Positions 48,040-59,911 of a stretch of 64,000 nucleotides of DNA are shown in pieces. Source of the DNA: Okamejei kenojei (taxonomy: Eukaryota); assembly GCA_035221665.1 (NCBI GenBank), contig CM069140.1, positions 16,926,001-16,990,000 on the forward strand. Reading direction: 5' to 3'. Numbering within the stretch: the first letter of the stretch is position 1; the number at the start of each line of letters is the position of its first letter. The notes beneath the pieces are model-generated. The model searched no databases, was not told the origin of the DNA, and was given only the letters and a program-made list of their open reading frames with translations. The position numbers were made by a program, and so were the translations under genes.

Positions 48040-49960
48040 TTGAAGAGCATTGAGATTAGGGACTCCCAGAGCTTGATGCACTCTGCCCCAGAGGCCAGAA
48101 AGGAGATTGCTGTAGTCTTGGCAAAGATCTTTTTACCCTCTAGCCACAGGTGATGCCCTGAAGAACTGCAGAATAGTCTTTGTTGTTCCTTTATTTCAGA
48201 AGGGAAGTAGGAATGATCCAGGAAATTATAGGCTAGTAAGATTCATTTCAGTGATAAGTCCGCTACTGGAGAGGATTTTTAAGAATAGGATTTACCCACG
48301 TTTGTCGGAGAATGGGTTAATTAGGGCCGTCAGTATCGATGACAAAGGTAACTGATGAGGATTGAACAGTGGATGTTCTCTAATTAGACTATAGACTGTT
48401 TTAGACTAATTAGACTGTTTTACAAGGCCAACTCCTGGTAGCAGATCCAGAGGATTAAGATGTATGGGATTCATGCTGACTTGGATTCACAACTGTCTTA
48501 TGCTTTGAAGCCAAAGGGTGGTGGTGGAAGGGTGTTATTGTGGCGAGAGTTCAGTGATCAGTGATGCTCCACAGGCATCAGTGCTGCACCTCTGTGATAC
48601 ATATGTGGTGTCAATATAAATGATCTGTGTGAAAATGTAGATGAGCTATTAGGTTTGCAGGTGATAATAAGATGGGGAGAGTTTTGGACGGTGAAGAAAG
48701 GCTATCAAGGGGTGCAGCTTGATATAGATCAGTTACAGATATATGTGGACAGGGAAATGCCAGGTGGAGTTTAATCTGGCAAGTTTGCGATGTTGCACTT
48801 TTGGAAGCCAAATGCAAGAGGAAAGTGTGCCGTTAATGGCAGGACTCCTAACAGCATAAAAGCCCAGTCCCATGGTACAAGTTCATTCCAAGAGCTCTCC
48901 TGGGTTTGCCCTGATTCGAACTCTGAGATTTACGGTAATGGCCACTCGTCGGTACTCTAGGCTCTCGTGGACATTTTTCAACATGTTGAAAAATCTTCAC
49001 GACTCTTCCCGTGCTTATCTGCCATTAGCGAGTCTTCCTGAGTACCTGCCGTTAGCGTTACGAGCCGCTAAGAAACGTCCCCGAGCTCCGACGTACCCGC
49101 TACGTTCATTTTCCGTGCTTACCACGAGTTTGATTTTTTTTTAAACTCGGGAGAGCTCTTGGAATGAACTCGTACCGTGGGACAGGGCTATTAATGTACA
49201 GAGGGGTCTTGAGGTCAAAGTTCATACTGCCCTGAAATTGACAACACAACTAGATAATATTAAAGATGGCATATGGTTTGCTTGCCTTCATTGGTCGTAG
49301 CATTGAATATCAGAGTCAAGAGGTCACGTTGCAGCTTTGTAAAACAATGGTGGATCTGTATTTGTGTATTCTCTGGATGCTTTCAAGAGAGTTAGAGCTC
49401 TTAAAGACAGCAGAGTCATGGGATATGGGGAGAAGGCAAGAACGAGTTACTGATTGTGGATGATCAGCCATGATCACAGTGAATGGCGGTGCTGGCTTTG
49501 ACGGCCAAATGGCCTACTCCTGCACCTATTGTCTATTGTGTGCAGTTTGGGAGACCCCAATACAGGAAGGAAATGAATGCTTTGGAGAAATTGCAAAAGA
49601 GATTTTACCGGGATGCTGCCTGGATTAGAGGGTGTTAGCTTTCAGGAGAAGTGGGTCAAACTTGTATTGTTTTCTCTGGAGTCTCCGAGGTTGATAGAAG
49701 ACCTGCGAGAAGTATGTAAAATTAATAGAGACATCCATCGGGTAGACAGGCGGAGCCTTTTTCCCCAGTGTGGAAATATCTGTCAAATGTTAGATAAAGG
49801 GCATTGCTTTAAGTTGAGGCAGGGAAAGTTTAAAGGAGATTTGTAGGGTAAATTGGTAGGTACCTGGAATCCATTGCCAGGGGTTGTGGTCGCAGCAGAT
49901 ACATTAGTTGCATTTATGAGGCTTGTTAATAGGCACTTGGATATGCAGGGAATGTCGGGC
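48040..49960 (+). mobile_element. Long degenerate CR1 ORF2 with nested insertions
   Basis: PLFQKGSRNDPGNYRLV, AYGLLAFIGRSIEYQSQEVTLQLCKTMV and RDFTGMLPGLEG..LFSLE. Contains a MITE and a CR1 tail (49375-49537). Confidence 0.8.
48860..49190. mobile_element. MITE with ~45-bp terminal inverted repeats (PIF/Harbinger-like)
   Basis: AGCCCAGTCCCATGGTACAAGTTCATTCCAAGAGCTCTCC ... GGAGAGCTCTTGGAATGAACTCGTACCGTGGGACAGGGCT. TAA on both flanks. Confidence 0.88.
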
Positions 49961-50087
49961 AAGGCGTATCTATGCGGTGCTTGGACATGGGTCTGTAGGG
50001 GTTGGACCACAGGGGATTGGATGGTGTTATGTGGAAATTAATTTTTATATGAGTGATTTTAAGATGAGTGATCTTTGATCTTTAACC

Positions 50088-50195
50088 AGACTGAAGAAGG
50101 GTCTCGACCCGAAACTTCACCCATTCCTTCTATCCAGAGGGGCTGCCTGTCGTGCTGAGTTGCACCAGCGTTTCGTGTCTATCTTCAGTTTAAAT
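50088..50195 (+). mobile_element. Penelope-derived terminal repeat
   Basis: CTGAAGAAGGGTCTCGACCCGAAACTTCACCCATTCC. Confidence 0.85.
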
Positions 50196-51261
50196 AGGCA
50201 CCATGTTTGGCACAGACATTGTGGGCTGAAGGGCCTTTTCCTGTGCCGTACTGTTCTAAACTAAAATGCATCTTTGAACAAAGTGATAATCTTGGAGCAG
50301 CAGTTTAAATTTGCCTTTGTGAGTTTCCCAAGGAACAGTCCATGCAGTGCCGGGTCCTCTGAGTTCAGCTGCACAGGCTATAAACATGAATAAAACTGCT
50401 GTTTCCCCACACAGACATCATTGGCAGATGTGGATTCCATGGAGGGGATAGATGTCATTTTTTTCCTCACTAGTTTTGAAATGAGTCCTGATTGATGTCT
50501 CCCTGGGTGAATGTCTCCATGTGATTTGAGCTTGTCAGCCATGACATAACACAGTTTAACATTCTGAAACTATCACAGCATTTCTCTTGTTTACCATTGT
50601 TCAAAAAAATCTCTCAATGCACACTATCACATATTATTCTCCCGTTCTTAACTACTACTCCTTTGAGGCTGTTGATGTCTCCAAAATTGTACACTATATT
50701 GCATCCATTTGCGTGATTCCCTTGCTCTAATTTCCCACGGGAGTTTGCTATCAATTGACTTTTATGCCTATCGGTAGTGAGTTTAACCAAAGTTAGACCA
50801 AAGAATATGGAACACTGATCTAACTTGGGTTACTTTTGATCATTCATAGCCTTGATCTTGCTGCTAACTGAAGAGTGCCTGAGGGTGTGGTGCCTGTACC
50901 ATCAATATCAACAAATTATAGGTATACAAAATGGGGTCATTCAAAGGCTGCTCATGGGTAAATGCATATTGCAAAATAGATTCCGGAATTGGAGGGAAAT
51001 CAAGAGAAGGGGCTGCATGATAAATACAGGCCCTCCTCAACTTGGGTAGTAGGTGACTTGCATTAACTCATGCTTGCCTAAACAATTCATGATGGGTGAC
51101 GCCTTTTTGGGAATGACCTGTGTTTTTGCAACGAGAGAATGGCCAGGGCTTCCTGTCCGCTTCATGGATATAAGAGTCGCCCGGCCTCGCTGCTCTTCCA
51201 GTTTTGTTGGTGTGACATTGGGAAGGTGATCGAGAATGAGGGAGGGGGTTTAGATTAACAC

Positions 51262-51480
51262 CCGGTCAAGTCGCCAGCATCTTCCACAAGGAGCACCAGC
51301 GAGCCCTTCTTCACCGACTGCTGCAGCGACCGGTTGATGCGCCTGTTGTAGCCCCTGGCCGACAGCACTTTCTTCAGGTGCTGCCACCGACAGGATGTGC
51401 CCAGCCACTGGGGCTCCTTCCCCTCTCACCAGCTGGTGCTTCTTCCAAATGGCCGTCGGTTTGTCCTCTGCCCCCTCCAT
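51262..51480 (-). pseudogene. Degenerate histone H1-like sequence (copy 1)
   Basis: GCCATGG start. Translates MEGAEDKPT..PVAGHILSVAA, then after a frameshift HLKKVLSARGYNRRINRSLQQSVKKGSLV. This resembles the H1 globular domain LKKALAAAGY..NSRIKLGLKSLVSKGTLV. Confidence 0.7.
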
Positions 51481-51559
51481 GGCTGTTGCAGCCGCCTCGT
51501 CCGGTCACTTTGCGCACTCGACTGCTCCCCCCCTCCACCACCACTGCCGCTTCCTCTCC

Positions 51560-51812
51560 GGTAGAAGATGTTGGTGACTGCGGAGGCGATGACGGGGGGC
51601 GAGCGGTCAACAGCAAGACGTTGCAGCTGGTGAGAGGGGAGGAAGCCCTACGGTGACCGAGCACATCCTGTCGGTGACGGACACCTGAAGACAGTGCTGC
51701 AGCTACAACGTGAGCCGCAACTACTGCAGTGTCAACCTTGCGGTGCAACAGGCGGTGACGAAGGGCTCGTTGGTGCAGACTAGCGGCATCAGGGTCTAGT
51801 TTCAAGGTGAAA
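51560..51812 (+). pseudogene. Degenerate histone H1-like sequence (copy 2)
   Basis: TVTEHILSV, HLKTVL, YNVSRNYCSVNLAVQQAVTKGSLVQTSGI (51704-51790) and SFKV (51798-51809), with frameshifts. Matches H1 KGTLVQTKGTGASGSFKL. Confidence 0.75.
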
Positions 51813-51972
51813 TTACACAAAGTGCAGGGGTAACTCAGCAGGTTGACTGCATCAGTCTGAAGATGGGTCCTGAGCGAAACTTCACCTATCCATGGTCTCC
51901 AGACGTGACCTGCTGAGTTACTCCAACACTCATTTTGTGTGTTAACCAGCACCTGCAGTTCTTTGTATCTAC
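51813..51972. mobile_element. Penelope-derived element with a short inverted arm
   Basis: GTAACTCAGCAGG..CAGTCTGAAGATGGGTCCTGAGCGAAACTTCACC..CCAGCACCTGCAGTTC. Confidence 0.75.
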
Positions 51973-52897
51973 CTAGTTTTAACGTAATTCCCGCTTGCGT
52001 AAAATCTAGCTTACACGGTTGTTTACGGAACGTGACCCTGAAGTCGGGCAGAGTCTGTTTTAAGACACTTAGCTGTGTAGAGGAAAAGGATCTTGCACAG
52101 TGCACTTTCAAGATCCCTGAAGACAAAGATGGCCAAGTAAGGTGATTAGTAACGGCGTATGAAATGTCCCTTTATTGATAAGGGGCCATGTTAAGCTAGG
52201 CCACAGAATACTGTGTAAATTATCTTGTCACAAAACAGGAACAATACAATACGAGATGGGTGTGGAGGAAATCTTTGCTGGGGTTGGATAACTGCAATTA
52301 TGAGTATCGACTGGCCATGCTGGGCTTGGTCTCTTTTGAAACAAAGGAGGTAAAAAGGTATAATTCATGAGAGGCTTATCCAAGGTGAGTGGAGAGAGCC
52401 CACTTAACAATTAGGAGATGTAAATGTAAGGTATTTGGTAAAATGATGAGAGGATCTGTTTGAAAGAGGCAGTAATTCATAAAAAACACAATTAAATTAT
52501 ACCCGAATGAGCACTGGACAAGGCATAACATAAAATGCTCTTCTTTCAATTGGCTGGATACGATCCTCCTAGGCAGTAAATATCTTTGATTAAATATTGT
52601 AATGGTTACTCTCTCCTTTATAAACAGTTATTGTTGATGAAGAATTCAGATTAGTTTATTATCGTGTGCACCAGGGTGCAGTTGAAACTCCTCGTTCACA
52701 TGAAGCTCACAGTAATAATAAATGCAATGGCGTGCGGAAAACAGCCGAATCATTCAAAATTCTGTAATCTGAAATCGTGCAAAAAAAAAAAAATTAAAGT
52801 GCAATAAAGGAATAACTGACCGAGGTGGAGATGCAATGTTGAAAAGGATTGTCACGGGTTTAGTTTGTGTTGTAATGTGCTTCAACATGTTATGAGG

Positions 52898-53125
52898 AGG
52901 TAGACACAAGATGCTGGAGTAACTCAGTGGGACAGGCAGCATCTCTGGAGAGAGGGAATGGGTGACGTTTCAGGTCGAGACCCTTCTTCAGACTGATGTA
53001 ATTCAGGGTCTCGACCCTAAACGTCACCCATTCCTTCTCTCCAGAGATGCTGCCTGTCCCGCTGAGTTACTCCAGCATTTTGTGCCTACCTTCGATTTAA
53101 ACCAGCATCTGCAGTTCTTTCCCAC
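52898..53125. mobile_element. Palindromic non-autonomous Penelope-derived element with a perfect 13-bp TSD
   Basis: ACATGTTATGAGG at 52885-52897 and 53126-53138. Near-perfect inverted arms. Minus-strand core CTGAAGAAGGGTCTCGACCTGAAACGTC. Confidence 0.9.
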
Positions 53126-53539
53126 ACATGTTATGAGGTGATGTTATGCTTATTACAAATAAGAGTTCATCTTTAATTGTGTTTGTGCAAGTTATTCGAA
53201 GGACCAGAATTTTTTCAAAAATGAATTGACTTGTGTCACCAAAGCTCTCAATTGTGCAGAGAGCAGGGAAAGCTGGTGCTTGCTGAAGGGTTTGGGGGGG
53301 GTAAGTCTCTACAACAGACTGAAGTGGAGCAGCTGCAGCCGAGGCCATATTTGCATTTACCAGTATTTTTGTAGTGACGGTTAAAGGATTAAATCTTTGG
53401 TACTTTTCATATCAGATCAGAGTGACAAGAGGATCACAGAACAGTTTATATTTATGTAAGCTTGTATTGCAACAAAGAACTTAACGCTTTTTCAGCACAA
53501 GGTTGTTACCAATGAGCCAAGAATATGAACACAATGCTG

Positions 53540-53668
53540 AAATGTCTGAAGAAGGGTTCCAAGCTGAAACATTACCTATCCATGTTCTCCATAGATGCAG
53601 TCTGATCCGCTGAGTTACTCCAGCATTATCATTTTGTAAACCAGCGACTACAGTTCGTTGTTTCTGCA
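53540..53668 (+). mobile_element. Penelope-derived terminal repeat
   Basis: GTCTGAAGAAGGGTTCCAAGCTGAAACATTACCTATCCATGTTCTCC...GAGTTACTCCAGC. Confidence 0.8.
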
Positions 53669-54198
53669 GTTAACTGTGGTGGTTTTAGTACAATGTATTC
53701 GAAGGAATGTGAACGAACCATCAGGCTGTTGTCATTCTTGAATTCTATTTTCATTGGTGTGGGAAGGGATTTCCAGACACTTAAAATTCATGGGAGAAAT
53801 TTCTTATCATGAATGCTTACTGTAGCCGAAAAGCAGAATTGTAATGCTTGCTGTTGCCATCCCGGCCTCCTTTGGTGTATTGTGATTTGTCTTGTTGCAG
53901 ATGCAGTGCTATAAAAGATTGAAGCCTGATTTATTGATGCTGCCTGCAGTCTCTGACTTGACAATGACATCCCTCTGGGGCTTGTGGTCAGTGTTGTCGT
54001 GTGATTGATGCCTGTCAAGCTGCAGGTTTAGCAGATTGCAAGGGGTGGAGAACAACAGATGCTGGGCTGTGTGTTCCATATGACACAGAATCTGCGGCAG
54101 ATGGGAGCACACTCCCTGCATTGAGCAATGTCTTGCAAAGGTTTATTTGCCGGAACAGAACCGTGTTCGTAAAAGAAAACAAGTGATTTCTTTGTATT

Positions 54199-54219
54199 GT
54201 GTGTGTGTGTGTGTGTGTC
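54199..54219. repeat. (TG)n microsatellite
   Basis: Direct read. Confidence 0.85.
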
Positions 54220-54378
54220 TTTACATCATTCAAGGTGCCCAGAAAAATTGGGAAAGATGAACAAAAACAGTCAACATATTTTTTGACTTTGCAAGTATTT
54301 GAGTTACAATAATTTGAGTTGGAAGGGTTGAATTATGTTTCTAGGAAATGAGAGGCTCGGGTCAGCACAACACAATCT

Positions 54379-54410
<32 letters not shown>

Positions 54411-54530
54411 GGATGCAAGGGTTGTGGGGGGGGGGAAGGTGCAGGGGTTGTTGGAGGGGGGTGCAGGGGTTGTGGGGGATGCAAGGGTTGCGGGGGGGGG
54501 GGGGGGGGAATGCAGGGGTTTTGGGATGAA
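54379..54530 (+). repeat. Poly-G tract plus G-rich tandem repeat (GGGGG[A/G]TGCA[A/G]GGGTTG)
   Basis: A run of about 30 G followed by about five degenerate units. Confidence 0.85.
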
Positions 54531-54609
54531 GGGCAGAGAAAATGGCAGAAGTGATGTTTTGTGCTTGTGCCTCAAAACCACCGGTCATTTTGAAGATCAT
54601 ATGGATTTG

Positions 54610-54900
54610 CACAGCATAAACGAGGCCCTTCAGCTCACCAAATCCATGCCGATCATTGACCAACCATTTACAATGTCCCTACACTAATTCAATTTAATCC
54701 CGCCAAATCCCATGAACTTCACTTCCCCAGATTCTACCACCCACCCACACAATAATTTGACACCAGTGGCCAAATCATCAACTTAATGTTCCAGGGATGT
54801 GGGAGGAAAACTGAACAGTTGGAGGTCACCCATGTGGCCACAGGGAGAAATTGCAAACTCCTTAGAGACAGCACCAGAGGTCAGGACCAAACCTGGGTCA
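54610..54900 (-). mobile_element. Older V-SINE
   Basis: GGATGTGGGAGGAAAACTG..CACCCATGTGGCCACAGGGAGAAATTGCAAACTCC..GACAGCACC. Confidence 0.7.
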
Positions 54901-55254
54901 TATATTTTCAGTTCAAACAAATGCAGAGCTTGTAGTTTTAAACCATGTAAGTGGAAAATTCAATTTTTTTTTCCATGAAAAATAATGTGCTGGAGGAACT
55001 CGGTGGGTCAGATCTTCAGATGACATGCATGAGTATCGGTCAGCTTATTTGCTGCTGAAATAGTCATGGTGTCATACACTATGGAAATGAGCCATTTGGC
55101 CCATCTCGTCCATGCTGGCCAAGAAGTCCCATCTAAGCCAGTTAGATGCCCCCTTCTATATACCCACATGTGGCCCACATTGATCAAAAGCTTTCCTTTC
55201 CTTGTAGCTGTAAAAATGGCTGTTATTAATCTGCAAGGCAGTTTGAGATTAAGG

Positions 55255-56223
55255 AGATGGTGAGTCTCGTGAAGGTGGATAAATCCGTCAGGACCTGATG
55301 GGTTTCTTCAGAGAGGAGGATGGAGGAGCCTAGACGAAGATCTTTGCGTCTTCGTAGCCACAGATGAGGTTCCGGAGGTTTGGAGCGTAGCTAATGTTGC
55401 TTTTTAAATTAAGAAGTAGAGGTAGTCCAGGGAATAATAGCCTAGCGTTGATGGTACAAAAACTAATGGAGAACTATCTTTAGGATAAGATTTGCTCCCA
55501 TTTGGAAGAGAATGGGTTAATTCGGGACAGTCAGCATTGCTTTGTACATGGCAGGTCATGTCTTACTAACTTGATCGAGTTTATCGAGGAGGTTACAAAA
55601 GATGATTGAGGGTAGGGTGGGGGTGTTCAGTAGGAATCTGTGCTGGGACCTCTGCTGTTTGTGACATATAAATGACTTGGACGTGAATGTAGCCGGGTTG
55701 GTTGGTAAGTTTGCAGACGATACTGAGATTGCTGTTGTGGACCGTGAGGAAGGCCATCAAAGTAGAGCGGGACATAAATCAGCTACAGAACAAGGTGGAA
55801 AAATGTCAGGTGGCGTTTAATACGACCAAGTGTGAAGTTTAGTTTAGGAATAAAGTGTGGAAAATAGGCCCTTTGGCCCACTGAGTCCGTGCTGAACAAA
55901 ATCAACCGTACACCAGCTCTATCCTACGTACTAGGGGCAATTTATAGAAGCCAAATGAACTTACAAACTCGCACACCTTTGGAGTGTGGGAGCAAACCGG
56001 AGCACCCGGAGAAAATCCACGCGGACACAGGAAGAATGTCCAAACTCCATACGGACAGCACCTGAAGTCGGGATGGAATCTGGCTCTTTGGTGCTGTAAG
56101 GCAGCAACTCCACTGTGCTGCCAAATGGGTTGCACTTTGCGAGGTCAAGTGTGAGAGGAAAATATATGACCCGTGGCCTTTAACAGTATTGATCATGTGT
56201 ACCAGTTCGTAACTCCCTGGAAG
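55255..56223 (+). mobile_element. Degenerate CR1 RT region interrupted by a SINE
   Basis: HLEENGLIRDSQHCFVHGRSCLTNLIEF and SKFADDTEI remnants. Confidence 0.8.
55837..56122 (-). mobile_element. HE1-like tRNA-derived V-SINE, near full length
   Basis: The reverse strand has the head GGCAGCACAGTGGAGTTGCTGCCTTACAGC, a V-domain, and the CR1-type tail GGGCCAAAGGGCCTATTTTCC..AAACTAAAC. Confidence 0.85.
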
Positions 56224-56490
56224 TAGCACACAGTGGTAGAGCTGTTGCCTCGTTCGATCCCGACTAGGGAAGCTTGTCTGTGTGGAGTTTGTATGTTCCC
56301 CTTGTGACCGTGTGAGTTTTCTCCGGGTGCTCTGGTTTCCTCCCAGATTCTAAAGACCTGCAGATTTATAGACAAATTGCCCCTATGCGTGGGATCCGAA
56401 AGTGGGATAACCGTTTACAGGTAATCAATGGCCAGCATGGATTACAGGGGCTGAAGGGCCTGTTTCCATGCTGAATCTCTATCTCTAACT
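56224..56490 (+). mobile_element. HE1-like tRNA-derived V-SINE
   Basis: CAGTGGTAGAGCTGTTGCCT (A box-like), GTTCGATCC (B box), V-domain GTGTGGAGTTTG..CTCCGGGTGCTCTGGTTTCCTCCC and tail GGGCTGAAGGGCCTGTTTCC. Confidence 0.85.
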
Positions 56491-57769
56491 CCACATTCTG
56501 CACTCTGAACTAATGAGTGGGCCAGGTACCAAAATGGTAGCATTTCTGAACAATTTAGATGTCAGATTATTGGAGTTTTGGTGCACATTTTTTTACAGTG
56601 CCTATATTTGACAGTGCATAAATTGGTTCCTCGTATGAACTGAAGAATGAGCATCAATGAATGACCCTGCAGAAAACTTAATCGATTCATGAGACTGTTG
56701 ACTGACTGAAGAATATGTAAAGACGTTATCAGATGATATGAAGTTTTATCATCAGAACTGGTTTCTTAAATCCAAGCACCTTTCACAGATCCTAAAGATA
56801 CCTGTTCTGGTACTTACAAAGTATATATTTGTTCTAAGGGCAAACCTACTTGCCCATCTCAAATCTGGTTGTTTTCATCCTGATAAGGATTAGAAAGCAC
56901 CTTTTCTCAACTCTCTGAATAGGTAATCCTAATTTTCAGAGCATATGCAGCCTGGAATCTGATGGGCTCAAGAAAACTATCTTCAATTTTACTTGAATTT
57001 GAGGACAATCTTGGTTTCTTTGTCTAATACCATTTCATCGATTATACTTGCCTCAGCAGTTGATGTCATAGAGGCTGTTTGGTTAGTGAGGGGGCTGCAA
57101 TGGTCCTTCTAGGCTATGGATAGGAAGGGGGACAATATTCCCACTTTTGGTCACAGTTTGGTGTATTCTGCTATGAAATAATACATGCACATTTGGGTAA
57201 AAGTCATGTAATACAAGGTGAAATAGTTCACTATTTGGCCAATTAGTTGCCGGAGTGTTTTGTACAAGAATGACCAACTATAATCCCGAATCTCTACAAG
57301 ATGCAGAAAACGATATTCTGAATCTGAAATAAAATGCACATGATAACTCTCGGCAGGTTGGGCAATATCCAAGGAGACACCATGCTAGTGTTTTGGATTA
57401 AAAATAGTGTTGGAAATCAGTGGGTCAGGTATCCCTGGAGGGAGAAAAACAGATCAGTGATACTTCATCAGAACTGTAATAGTTGCCAGGGGTGGAGTGT
57501 AAATATCTGTGCTGGGATGGTGACCCAGGTTACCCAGGAAACATGCATACTATTTAGTGGCAGCTGTTAGTGAGTGGAGGAAACCAAGTAACATATTGGA
57601 ATTATGAAAACGACTGCAGCATTTGAAGTAAATCCGAAGCAAGTATATCCTGGAAATACCCAGCAGATGGGGCAGCATTAGTAGAAAGAGAAAAATTAAT
57701 GTTACATCTCTCATAAGGAAAATGTTTCATAACACCACCTTCCATGTCATGGCAGGGCACTTGAGAAGA

Positions 57770-58220
57770 AAATCAAGGGGCAAAGTCTATTTGGTTTTAT
57801 GAAAGCCAAATCACCGTTGCCTTATTTATTGGACAACTTTGAAGAAGGGGCATTCTGTGGATATATCCAGGTATACAATAGTTGTTGTATACCTGGATTT
57901 CTAGGAAGCCTTAGCTAAGGTATTGCGTCATGGTATTTTGGAAAATAAAGACTCAGTGTTGGTGGAAACCATATAAATAGTAGATTGGCTGGCTAATGGA
58001 TAACAGATAGTAGGTCAGTTCTCTCCATTCCTTCTCTCCAGAGATGCTGCCTGTCCCGGAGAGTTACTGCAGCATTTTTTGTAGAAGGTGTTGGTATTAG
58101 GGCCTCGACTATTTACAAATGGCTTAATTAAAGGTGACAATATGGATTTTTGATATTTTTGTTAAAGACAGAAATATGCCTCAAATTAAATTGTGAGAAG
58201 GAGATGAGGCTGCAAAGGGG
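57770..58220 (+). mobile_element. Old CR1 RT fragment with an inserted Penelope-derived piece (58020-58085)
   Basis: GTATACCTGGATTTCTAGGAAGCCTT (VYLDF.KA). CCATTCCTTCTCTCCAGAGATGCTGCCTGTCCC. Confidence 0.6.
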
Positions 58221-59554
58221 TTATTGTCACTTGTTACTGGCCAATGGAGCATTCTGTGGAAGGTGAGTTATCTAAAAGTCTCCATTCACTCATTAGTTTA
58301 TGGTTACCCCACGGTTTTACCTGATCAGAGACGTTTACAACCCGCGCCCACCTTTCTAACAATGTAAGGAGCTTCATTTGTCTCCTATGCAGTTCTGCTA
58401 AAGTGTCTGCAACCGAATCATTAACTCTTTTCTCTTCCCATGGATGCAGCCTAACTTGCTGAGTGTTTCTAGCACTTTCTATATTTTGTTTTGGATTTCT
58501 AACATTTGCATTTAGTTTACATTTTAATTTTCATGAGGGATGGAGTGTTTGAAGCTGAGTCGTCGAGGGTCATCGGCCTGTAACGTTGACTTAATTTTTC
58601 TCTCTGTGTTGCCTGATCAGCTGGGTATTTTCAGTCAACATTCGGGTCAACTTTCTGTCAGATTTGCAGCAACTCCCATGTTCTTTATTTCAGCAAAGTG
58701 CCAGCACAGAAACCAATTATGTTGCGTGGACAATCACTGCCTGTAACTTGTCATAAATCTTCTTCCACATTTCTTCCAATTTAATGCTTTACTTTTCCAT
58801 TTCTGATGGAGAGATAATAACCTAAACTGTTGGTATTATTTTTTTCCTTCACAGGTATTGTCTCATCTGCAGAATGATCTGTGATTTTTTTTTTTTTGCT
58901 TCAAATTCTCAGCATATGCAGGTTTTCTTTTTGCTTTGGTTGATGATTTTGCTCGATTGCCTTTCAAGAGAACTGGAGATAGCAACAAAAAAGTCAATTT
59001 ATTTCCTTGGGGAAAGAGACTGGAATATCTCTACATGATGGCATAGACTTGAAGCATTCAGGATCAGAATACACTGAAAGGTGCTACATCTATATAGGTT
59101 GTTGCAGATTTGAATTGAAATTCATTATTTTTCCCATCACTTTTTTTTTGTAAGACCATGGAGTGTATCAATGTGCCTGATGTGAGACTTGTACAAAAGA
59201 GGGTGTTATGATTTTTAAGAATATTTGGTTTACTATCTTTTACTTAGATTCTGCTTAGAATATAGTGGGAGGAAACATTTTGCAGCACTTCGTATTGTTG
59301 CAATCTGGTTACTGTTATGGGTTGGAACTTTTCAGATGTTTGATGGATCTATGAGGAATTTGGATTTGTTTACAATTAGGATATCTGTTCCTTAATTTGA
59401 ATGTAATTACTGCTGCATTGCAGAATCCTGCACACCTGGCCTCAATACTTTGAGCAGATACATGTTAGATTTTCTTTGCTATCTTCCAGTGTGGTGGGAG
59501 TTGCTACATGACATGATTTGAAATGTTCCTGCAAATGTTTTTCTGATATGAACT

Positions 59555-59805
59555 TAGAAACATAGAAACATAGAAATTAGGTGCAGGAGCAGGCCATTCG
59601 GCCCTTCGAGCCTGCACCGCCATTCAATATGATCATGGCTGATCATCCAACTCAATATCCTGTACATGTCTTCTCTCCATACCCCCTGATCCCTTCAGCC
59701 ACAAGGGCTACATCCAACTCCCTCTTAAATATGGCCAACGAACTGGCCTCAACTACCTTCTGTGGCAGAGAATTCCACAGATTCACCACTCTCTGTGTGA
59801 AAAAC
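59555..59805 (-). mobile_element. Young CR1/HER1 LINE, 3' end
   Basis: (CATAGAAA)n tail. Close to the 13568 copy. Confidence 0.9.
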
Positions 59806-59911
59806 TTAAATAGTGCTCATTGTGCAGAAGACACGGTAAGGAACAATTTTTAAAAAGAGGGTAATTTGGGGAGCTGTGATTGAAGAGGAGACTTTTTAAC
59901 TTAGTTGGATA

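Noticed and set aside
51690-51712. ACAG|TGCTGCAGCT resembling the start of SSBP3 exon 5 (SAAA...)
   Set aside because: There is no polypyrimidine tract, the sequence does not continue APSPVLGN, and it lies inside the H1-like copy.
51374-52126. 250-aa minus-strand ORF
   Set aside because: It is a chimera that runs through a Penelope-derived element and the antisense of the H1-like copy. It is not a coherent protein.
56224-56265. tRNA-like A and B boxes
   Set aside because: This is a SINE head with no cloverleaf, not a tRNA gene.
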